Shown here: one piece after another, positions 56,956-64,000 of the stretch
Layout of the letters: each line of letters opens with the position of its first letter
Position numbering within the stretch: position 1 is the stretch's first letter
Origin: an uncultured Planctomycetaceae bacterium
GTDB taxonomy: Bacteria; Planctomycetota; Phycisphaerae; SM23-33
Direction of reading: 5' to 3'
NCBI GenBank assembly: GCA_964642855.1
Contig: CAZXSK010000001.1
Coordinates: 111,637-175,636 of the forward strand
DNA length: 64,000 bases
The notes under the pieces: generated by a model
What the model saw: the letters and a program-made list of their open reading frames with translations, nothing else
Databases searched by the model: none
What the model was told of the DNA's origin: nothing
Position numbers and translations under genes: made by a program

Positions 56956-58077
56956 TCAGTCCTCACTATCGGAGCCGAAGACCTTTCGAGTTAAGTCCCA
57001 CTTGTCTCGAAGTATACGAATCTTCGGTTCCCGGGCGAACAGCGACTTCTCTCCGGTCCATTGCAGCGAGCCCTCTCCGGGCATGCCCTGGCCGTCATCC
57101 GCCAGTCCGTATACATATACGTCATGGACCCGGTACTTTCCGTCGTCTCCCAGCGGAAGAACCTCAGAAATCTGCGTCAGACCCCGCCTGCCATCCGTGA
57201 AACGGGTCACCTGCACGATCACATCAATCGCCGAAGCAATCTGGGCCCGAAGCGCGTGGAGGGGCAACTCCACCTTGCTCATCATCGCCAGCGTCTCCAG
57301 GCGGTTCAGCGCATCCATCGGCATGTTGGCGTGCAAGGTCGACATGCTCCCGGCGTGGCCCGAAGTCATCGCCTGGATCATGTCCAGCGCTTCCCCGCCC
57401 CGGACCTCCCCGATAATGATCCGGTCAGGCCGCAACCGAAGCGACGAGCGGAACAGGTCGCGGATATTGACCTCCCCCCTGCCCCACCGATCCGCAGGCC
57501 GGGCCTCCAATGAAATCACGTGCTCCTGCTGGAGCTCCAGTTCCGAAGAATCCTCGATCGTGACGATCCGTTGATGGTGGGGCACGAAGTCACTCAGGAC
57601 GTTCAGCAGCGAGGTCTTGCCGCTGGAAGTCCCACCCGCCACCAGGATATTCTTCTCGGCCTCGACGCAGATCTCGAGATACTCCCGGGTCTCGGGTGTC
57701 CACGAGCCCAGTTCCACCAGGTGATCTGCACTGAACATGACCTTCGAAAACTTGCGGATTGTCATGCACACCCCGGTGCGGCACGGCGGAGAGAGAACCA
57801 CGTGAACCCGGCTGCCATCGGGCAGGCGCGAGTCGATCAGCGGATGCTCGAAGTCCAGCCGCTTGCCGGTGTACTGCAACACATTGTTGACCGCCGAAAG
57901 CAAGGCCTCTTCGTCCTCGAATTTCGCTTCGGTCTGGACCAGCCGGCCTTCTTTCTCGACATAGATCTCATCGGGCCGGTTGATCATGATCTCCGAAACG
58001 GACGGATCTTCCATGAACGGCAGGATGGGCGCGAGGAAGTGTTCGACCGTTGCCTTGAAAATCTGGAGCTTGGCCAT
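56956..58077 (-). CDS. cpaF: CpaF/TadA secretion ATPase (no FHA domain)
   Basis: Walker A (VAGGTSSGKTSLLN), Walker B (RIIIGEVRGGEALDM), His box (GHAGSMSTLHAN). 373 aa. Confidence 0.9.
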   Translation of the reverse strand: MAKLQIFKATVEHFLAPILPFMEDPSVSEIMINRPDEIYVEKEGRLVQTEAKFEDEEALLSAVNNVLQYTGKRLDFEHPLIDSRLPDGSRVHVVLSPPCRTGVCMTIRKFSKVMFSADHLVELGSWTPETREYLEICVEAEKNILVAGGTSSGKTSLLNVLSDFVPHHQRIVTIEDSSELELQQEHVISLEARPADRWGRGEVNIRDLFRSSLRLRPDRIIIGEVRGGEALDMIQAMTSGHAGSMSTLHANMPMDALNRLETLAMMSKVELPLHALRAQIASAIDVIVQVTRFTDGRRGLTQISEVLPLGDDGKYRVHDVYVYGLADDGQGMPGEGSLQWTGEKSLFAREPKIRILRDKWDLTRKVFGSDSED

Positions 58078-58284
58078 GGGTGCCTTTCGCGAAGGTTCCT
58101 TGCTTACTCTGAAACACCGCCGGAGCCGATAGGAGCCGCCCTGCCGGCCTGGTGATGCCTCAACCCTGGAGTGTAAACCGACAGGGAACCTGGAGCAAGG
58201 ACGCCCGAATTCCGATTACTTATCTCGCAGCCTTGAAGGGCCGGGGACGGGTCGTTAGAATCCCCGATCCTGCAGGACAGCGAC

Positions 58285-58370
<86 letters not shown>

Positions 58371-58580
58371 TTGAAGCAAACGGGTCGACCGTAAAGGTCG
58401 GCCCGTTTTGCGTTTCAATGGGGGATAACCCCGCCCGGTGCAGTCCCCGCAGCAGCGGCCCGTGGGTTTGACGACCCCAGGCGGCTGCCAACATGCCACG
58501 AGGTCTCCCACAGACCGGAACCCAGGCCGTTCCGCCGTTTTCCTATAGGGAGTAATCCCGAACGCAGAAAGGCAAATCCC

Positions 58581-60776
58581 ATGGCTGTTCGATTCCGCAA
58601 CTCTATGCTGGCAACTTCCCTGATCATGTTCCTGACGACCTCCTATGCCTCCGCCGATCAGCCCCTTGGCTATCGTGGAATCGACAACTCGGGGATCTAT
58701 CCAGCCGAGGGATTGGTCAAGTCCTGGCCGGAGGAAGGACCACCCCTGGCATGGAAATATGAGATCGGCCTGGGATTCTCCGGGGTGACCGTCACCGAGG
58801 ACGACGTCTTCGCAACGGGGGGAGAAATGATGTACCTCTACCAGTTCTCGCTGGACGGCCAGCTCAAGGCCCGCTATCCGATGGGCGGAGCCAGTTGGAA
58901 GCGCTTCAGCGGAACACGTTCCACGCCGCTGGTCTACGACGACATCGTCGTGTCGACCACCCCCGACGCTACGATCTACGCGTTCGATCTCGAAGAAAAG
59001 AAGCTCGCCTGGAAGGTCAACGCCTGGCGGGATTTCGGAGCGGGAAAGGGACACATGGGGTGGGGCTATCCCGAAAGCCCCATGCTGCACAGGGACATGG
59101 TCATCTTCAACGCCTGCAGCCGCATGGACGCCACCCCGCCCCTGGTCGCGATCGATATCAAAACCGGTAAGAAGCGTTGGGGAATGTCCGCCGACAAAGA
59201 CAACAAGGACTACTACTCCGCCGGCGACGCGTCCGGCGCCTGCTTCAATCACAACGGCAAGGACTTCGTCGCCCATCCGACGTGGCGGTACCTGGTCGTA
59301 TGCGAAGCCGACACCGGCAAGAAGCTCTGGGAAATCCGCAAGGTTGGCGAGAAAACACTCACCCCTGTCTACAGCGACGGGTACCTGCTCTACGACCGCG
59401 GAAACAGCATCCAGATGCTGTACCTTTCCTCCGATGGCGACGACTACGAGGTGCTCTGGGAGCGTGCCTGGCCGGGCGGATTTTCGCATGCGGTCATTCT
59501 CGACGGCCGCGTCTACGTGCTGGGCAACCCACACCACAAGCCCTTCAAGCCCGAGCGGATCAACGAGCCGCTGAAGAAGACCAAGAACAACGACGAAAAC
59601 TGCGAAACTGATTCGAAGAAAGGCCGGGTCCCCAAAGCCCGCGGACTGCTGTGTCTCGATGCGCAGACGGGCAAGCTCATCCACTGGATGAAGGCCTCAG
59701 GTCAGGGGCACATCGTCTCTGCTGACGGAATGGTCTACTTCACGGAAGTCATTCGGCAGAGAGGGAGGCGGCAGAAGGTCCTGCGGATCAGCCTGATCAA
59801 GCCTACGGAGAAGGGTTTCGAAGTCACAGGCCGGTTCGTCCCGAACCTGACCGACGCGGAACTCAGCCTCAAGGACATCGATTGGCAAGGGCCGGTCAAC
59901 CCCGTCATCGCAGAGGGTAAGCTCTTCGTGCGATACGGGCCGCTCATGGCCTTCGAACTGCGTGCCAGCAAAATGGCCGAGATCCGCAAAGCCAAAGCAG
60001 AGATCGCAGCACAGGTCAAGCAACTGCAATCCGATAGCGCTGCCGAGCGGTTGGGAGCCGTCCGGGCCATCGCCAAGGCCGGCCCCCAGGCAAGGGTAGC
60101 CGTCGACAAACTGCTGGAACTGCTGAAGGACTCGGACCGCGATGTCCGCAAGGAAGCTGCCCGGACGCTCGCGAAGATCGGGCCGATGGCACTGCCCGGC
60201 ATGATCCACGCCCTCCGCGATCGACGGGTGCAGCGGGAGGGCTATGTAACCGAGGCGATCCTCACCGTCTCGAAGGGCTCGGACAACTTGTCAGAAGCGC
60301 TGATTGCTGCAGCCGCTGCCAGCAAAGCCGTCCGGGAAGACGTCAAGGCCATCCTTCCTTTCCACGGCAAGGAAGCCGCCCAAGCCACACTCGCCTTGAC
60401 TCGCCGGGCTGGCAAACGCCTTCGGTGGTGGTGCATCGAAGTGCTCAAGGAACTAGGGCCCGATGCCGCGGTCGCCTCGGAAACCCTCGCCGAGATGACC
60501 AGGAACCAGGACCAGTGGTTCCGTGCGCACATCGCCGAAACGCTGGGCAGGATCGGACCGGCCGCCAGCGACAGCGTTCCCGCTCTGACAGCCCTGCTGG
60601 ACTTCCACTTCGCCGACGCACGAAAGAAAGCTGCCATCGCTCTGGGACAGATCGGCGTCGGTTCGGAACAGGTGATCGACGCGCTGAACAAGGCCGCCAA
60701 GGATGACAACGAGCAGGTTGTCCAGGCAGCCAAGGACGCACTGACGAAGCTTGAGGGCTCTTCAAGCAAGGAATGA
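58581..60776 (+). CDS. secreted PQQ-like beta-propeller protein with C-terminal HEAT (PBS-lyase type) repeats
   Basis: Signal peptide MAVRFRNSMLATSLIMFLTTSYASA. BamB/PQQ-like repeats (VFATGGE, IYAFDLEEKKLAWK, LVAIDIKTGKKRW, LLCLDAQTGKLIHW). C-terminal repeated motifs of the form ...R..A...LGKIGP.A... Confidence 0.8.
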   Translation: MAVRFRNSMLATSLIMFLTTSYASADQPLGYRGIDNSGIYPAEGLVKSWPEEGPPLAWKYEIGLGFSGVTVTEDDVFATGGEMMYLYQFSLDGQLKARYPMGGASWKRFSGTRSTPLVYDDIVVSTTPDATIYAFDLEEKKLAWKVNAWRDFGAGKGHMGWGYPESPMLHRDMVIFNACSRMDATPPLVAIDIKTGKKRWGMSADKDNKDYYSAGDASGACFNHNGKDFVAHPTWRYLVVCEADTGKKLWEIRKVGEKTLTPVYSDGYLLYDRGNSIQMLYLSSDGDDYEVLWERAWPGGFSHAVILDGRVYVLGNPHHKPFKPERINEPLKKTKNNDENCETDSKKGRVPKARGLLCLDAQTGKLIHWMKASGQGHIVSADGMVYFTEVIRQRGRRQKVLRISLIKPTEKGFEVTGRFVPNLTDAELSLKDIDWQGPVNPVIAEGKLFVRYGPLMAFELRASKMAEIRKAKAEIAAQVKQLQSDSAAERLGAVRAIAKAGPQARVAVDKLLELLKDSDRDVRKEAARTLAKIGPMALPGMIHALRDRRVQREGYVTEAILTVSKGSDNLSEALIAAAAASKAVREDVKAILPFHGKEAAQATLALTRRAGKRLRWWCIEVLKELGPDAAVASETLAEMTRNQDQWFRAHIAETLGRIGPAASDSVPALTALLDFHFADARKKAAIALGQIGVGSEQVIDALNKAAKDDNEQVVQAAKDALTKLEGSSSKE

Positions 60777-60869
60777 CAAGGTCGATACGTCCCGACGACC
60801 TGCGACACCTCGAAGGGTCGCTGGTGCATGCTTGCCAAATCCAGCCGCGCCGTGTAGAAACTGCACTCG

Positions 60870-62036
60870 ATGCCAGTTCAGCACACACAGCGGCGGGTCC
60901 GCATCGAAATCGATCTCCAGAGCTCTCTCGAGCAGGACATCCTGTCCGGCGTCGTGCGGTACACCCGCACCGAAGCGGATTGGGTTTTCTCCGTCAAGGG
61001 ATGGCGAGAGCCCTGGGCCGTCAACTCCGGCGACCGTTTCGCCCAGATCGACGGCCTGATCGCCGAGGAACTGTCTGAGGAGATGCTCAAGGACATCGCC
61101 CGCAGAGGAATCCCTGCGGTAACGGTTTCTTCTCCCCAGCAGGGCGACCTTCCGCGCGTATGCCCCGACAACTTCGCAGTGGGCGTGCTGGCTGCTGAGC
61201 ACTTCCTGAACCGAGGGTTCCACAGCCTAGCCTATCGAGGCGATCCGAAGTATGCCGCCTCGGTTCTCCGGCGTGACGGATTCGAGTCTCAGGCCGGAGG
61301 CGCAGGCGCCCGGTTCACCGACATGTTGGGTTCCGAGAAGCTGCTCCGCGAGTGGGAGTTTGAGCTGGAGATGAAGGACACAATCGCCTGGCTGGAGGAA
61401 CTCCCCAAGCCAACCGGGATTCTGGCATTTACATCAATGGTTGGGAGACGCATCCTGGAGGCCTGCCGGCTGGCAGGCGTTCGCGTGCCGGAAGATATCG
61501 CCGTCCTGGCTGGAGACAGCGATTTCCTCAGTTGCCACGCCTCGCATCCGAGGCTTTCCAGCGTCGATCTTGACGCCGAACGCGTGGGCTACCATGCCGC
61601 CGCCCTGCTGAACGACATGATGGACGGCAAGCCCGTCACCGCTCGAACAACCCTCGTATCACCTTTGGGGGTTACTACACGCGAGTCATCTGACGTACTG
61701 GCCGTCGAGGACGAAGCGCTCTCCAAGGCGCTGGCATTCATCCACCGCAACGCATGCGAGGGGATCAACGTTCAGGACGTAGTACGGCAGGTTCCCATCT
61801 GCAGGAGATCACTCGAGCGAAGATTCACGACCTGTCTCGGACGCTCCCCGCGCGACGAGATCCGCAGGCTGCAGATCAACCGGGCGAAGGAACTGCTGAC
61901 ACGCACCGACCTGCCGATAGCCGAAATCGCAAAACGCGTCGGGTTCCGCACCACCGGCCGATTCGTTGCCAACTTCAAGTCCATCGCCAACGCCTCTCCT
62001 TCGGCGTTCCGCCGCAGGGACCCGAAGACCGGCTGA
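60870..62036 (+). CDS. XylR-type AraC-family transcriptional regulator (periplasmic-binding-protein-like sensor plus AraC HTH)
   Basis: C-terminal IAEIAKRVGFRTTGRFVANFKSIANASPSAFRR is an AraC-type helix-turn-helix. N-terminal 270 aa has a LacI/XylR-like sugar-binding fold. Confidence 0.85.
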   Translation: MPVQHTQRRVRIEIDLQSSLEQDILSGVVRYTRTEADWVFSVKGWREPWAVNSGDRFAQIDGLIAEELSEEMLKDIARRGIPAVTVSSPQQGDLPRVCPDNFAVGVLAAEHFLNRGFHSLAYRGDPKYAASVLRRDGFESQAGGAGARFTDMLGSEKLLREWEFELEMKDTIAWLEELPKPTGILAFTSMVGRRILEACRLAGVRVPEDIAVLAGDSDFLSCHASHPRLSSVDLDAERVGYHAAALLNDMMDGKPVTARTTLVSPLGVTTRESSDVLAVEDEALSKALAFIHRNACEGINVQDVVRQVPICRRSLERRFTTCLGRSPRDEIRRLQINRAKELLTRTDLPIAEIAKRVGFRTTGRFVANFKSIANASPSAFRRRDPKTG

Positions 62037-62170
62037 CCGAAGTTCATCTTCTCGTAACTGCTCCCCTCAGCAAAGGCTGCTGCAGACCGTTTGCAGTCCT
62101 TCGACCGATGAAGTACCATGCCGCGGTCCGGAAGCAGCCGCAGCGGCTGGTTTTCCTTCGATAGCATCGC

Positions 62171-63280
62171 ATGATCCATATTGCATACGGAACTCAAGCT
62201 GAACTGATCAAGCTGATGCCCGTTCTCGCCGAGCTTCGACGGCGTGGAACGGAACATCGCGTGATCGACACCGGCCAGCATGCCGGGCAGACCCGCAAGC
62301 TCCGGGGACAGTTTGGCATGCCTTCTCCCGATGCGATCCTCGACGCGGGAGAAGGCATCTACGGCTTTGGGAAGGCTGGCGCTTGGAGTGCCCGGATTCT
62401 CGCCAACGCCCTGTTCGCCAGACACGAACTGCGCACCCGGGTCTTCGCACCCGGCCCCGGAGTGTGCGTTATCCATGGCGACACCTTCACGACACTGCTG
62501 ATGGGCATCGTCTGTCGGGCCATGGGGATCCGCATCGCTCACGTCGAGAGCGGACTGCGGAGTTTCCGATGGTTTCATCCCTTTCCCGAGGAGATTGTCC
62601 GCGTCGTCGTCAATCGGTGGGCCTCCCTCCTGCTTGCTCCCGGAGAATGGGCAGCCGAGAACCTGCGCAACATGTGCGTCCGAGGCCGGATCGTGACCCT
62701 GCCGTCCAACACGGGTTGCGATGCCCTCCGTCACGCGCTCGATCAGGAAGTCAACGTCCGAATCCCCGACGTTCCCTACGCCGTCGCCAGCATCCATCGT
62801 TTCGAGACTGTCACAAGTCGATCCCGGGTCGCCCGCGCCATTGACGTCGTGCGCGATGCTTCCCGCCGTTGCCGAATCGTCTGGCCGATGCACGAAGTGT
62901 TCGCAACCGCTGCCCGGAGAGCACGTCTCCTGGGATCGCTCAATGACGCGAACGTAGAGATCCGCCCGATTCTGGATTACATTCCCTTTGCGCATCTGCT
63001 TTCCGGAGCCCGGTTCGTGATTGCCGATGGCGGAAGCATCCAGGAGGAGTCCTGGTTCCTGGACAAGCCGTGTCTACTGCTGAGGCATGCCACCGAACGC
63101 CGTGAAGGACTCGGCGAGAACGTACTGCTGAGCGACTGGGACGCCGATAGCATCAAGCGCTTCCTGAACGACCCCTCGGTATTTCGGCGAGAGAATCGCC
63201 CGACCGAGAAGAGCCCGTCTGCCGTTGCTGTCGACGCGGTGATCGCTATGCACGACCGGCTACACGGGAGGCGATCCTAG
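62171..63280 (+). CDS. UDP-N-acetylglucosamine 2-epimerase-family protein (non-hydrolysing, WecB-like)
   Basis: MIHIAYGTQAELIKLMPVLAELRRRG...VIHGDTFTTLLMGIVCRAMGIRIAHVESGLRSF, an Epimerase_2 family pattern. Confidence 0.8.
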   Translation: MIHIAYGTQAELIKLMPVLAELRRRGTEHRVIDTGQHAGQTRKLRGQFGMPSPDAILDAGEGIYGFGKAGAWSARILANALFARHELRTRVFAPGPGVCVIHGDTFTTLLMGIVCRAMGIRIAHVESGLRSFRWFHPFPEEIVRVVVNRWASLLLAPGEWAAENLRNMCVRGRIVTLPSNTGCDALRHALDQEVNVRIPDVPYAVASIHRFETVTSRSRVARAIDVVRDASRRCRIVWPMHEVFATAARRARLLGSLNDANVEIRPILDYIPFAHLLSGARFVIADGGSIQEESWFLDKPCLLLRHATERREGLGENVLLSDWDADSIKRFLNDPSVFRRENRPTEKSPSAVAVDAVIAMHDRLHGRRS

Positions 63281-64000
63281 TGTCGAACCGTGCCCAGCCA
63301 AACGACCTCGCCTGCAGCGTGATCGTCCCCGTTTACAATGCCGCCGACATGCTTGAGCAGTGTCTTCGTCACCTGTGCGATCAGACGTTGGATTCCAGCG
63401 ATTACGAGGTCATCGTCATCGACGACGGTTCGACCGACCACTCCGCCGACGTCGCCAGGCGGTTCCCGGTGCGTCTGATCGAACTGGGAAGCAACCAAGG
63501 TCGAATCGTCGCGAGATCCCGTGGGGCCGAGGCTGCGCGCAGCGATGTGCTGGTATTCTGTGACGTTCGCGTATTCGTCGAGCGCGACGCACTGGAAACT
63601 GCCCTGGACATCCCGGAGAAGCCGCTGATGTTCGGGTGCGACGATCCGGAGATGTTCGACCAGAGCCTGATGGGACGTTTCCTCTTTGGCGTATACCGGA
63701 GGATTTGGAAAGGATACTTCCCCCAGGAGTGGCTCGACGGCGATACCGTCATCACCGAGGACAACTTCGAAACGACACCCAAGGGAACCACGCTGCTGGT
63801 AACGCCCAAGGACCTCTGGCTGCGACATCAGCCCGAGCAGCGTGACCGATACGTGAATGACGACACACTGATTTTCCGCTCGATGGTGCGGGAGACGCCG
63901 ATCATCCGCACCGCACGCATCCGCTGCCACTATCAGCAACGGACCGATTTGGCCGAGGTGATACCACACCTTCACTGGCGCGGAGCGCGGTTCGGTTCCT
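63280..64000 (+). CDS. family 2 glycosyltransferase, partial (C-terminus beyond window)
   Basis: GTG start overlapping the wecB-like stop (TAGTG). CSVIVPVYNAADMLEQCLRHL...YEVIVIDDGSTDHS is the GT2 (GT-A) signature. Open to the window end, so not in the ORF track. Confidence 0.75.
   Translation, partial: MSNRAQPNDLACSVIVPVYNAADMLEQCLRHLCDQTLDSSDYEVIVIDDGSTDHSADVARRFPVRLIELGSNQGRIVARSRGAEAARSDVLVFCDVRVFVERDALETALDIPEKPLMFGCDDPEMFDQSLMGRFLFGVYRRIWKGYFPQEWLDGDTVITEDNFETTPKGTTLLVTPKDLWLRHQPEQRDRYVNDDTLIFRSMVRETPIIRTARIRCHYQQRTDLAEVIPHLHWRGARFGS

Noticed and set aside
58078-58284. Possible sigma70-like promoter (TTGCTC-N17-TACACT, minus strand) upstream of the first Tad ATPase gene.
   Set aside because: Weak match. 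Promoter consensus for this lineage is not established and I cannot score it, so it is not reported as a feature.

Overview
This is a high-GC (about 65-70%) chromosomal segment, most likely from a Planctomycetes-like bacterium. It carries multiple sulfatases, many secreted beta-propeller proteins, a DUF3365-like heme sensor kinase and a Ser/Thr kinase. Long Arg/Pro-rich ORFs on the antisense strand are GC artefacts and were ignored.

Coordinates taken from the ORF track are firm. Coordinates counted directly from the sequence lines (tRNAs, riboswitch, hairpins, promoter) may be off by 1-2 nt. In at least one stretch (22.1-22.7 kb) my count drifted by 1 relative to the track, so line-counted positions are not frame-accurate.

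From left to right the window holds:
- a partial secreted protein and a TolB-like propeller;
- a GH3 glycosidase and a sulfatase;
- gltX, a dCache methyl-accepting chemotaxis protein (MCP) and a PAS-LuxR regulator;
- tRNA-Gln and glycyl-tRNA synthetase;
- the conserved rpsB-tsf-pyrH-frr cluster followed by tRNA-Lys and tRNA-Glu;
- a DegT aminotransferase and a prepilin-type pseudopilin;
- purE translationally coupled to a zinc alcohol dehydrogenase;
- a methionine operon (metY plus a fused metX-metW) preceded by what looks like a SAM-I riboswitch;
- an accessory stretch with an orphan receiver, an AEC transporter, an amidohydrolase, a UroD-like enzyme, and a MerR regulator next to a histidine kinase whose periplasmic domain has a CxxCH heme motif;
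- a glycoside hydrolase operon with a giant BNR-repeat protein;
- pcm and a second sulfatase.

The most striking region is a roughly 15 kb Tad/Flp pilus locus on the minus strand (43.1-58.1 kb). It has two Flp pilins, the prepilin peptidase CpaA, three TadE/TadG-like pseudopilins, CpaB, TadB, TadC and two CpaF ATPases. One CpaF carries an N-terminal FHA domain. The locus also contains an embedded Ser/Thr kinase with TPR repeats and a second, membrane-anchored FHA protein. It has no secretin and no CpaE/TadZ. This looks like a phospho-Ser/Thr-regulated pilus system that has not been characterised.

The window ends with tRNA-Ser, a PQQ-propeller/HEAT protein, a XylR-type AraC regulator, and a wecB-GT2 polysaccharide module.
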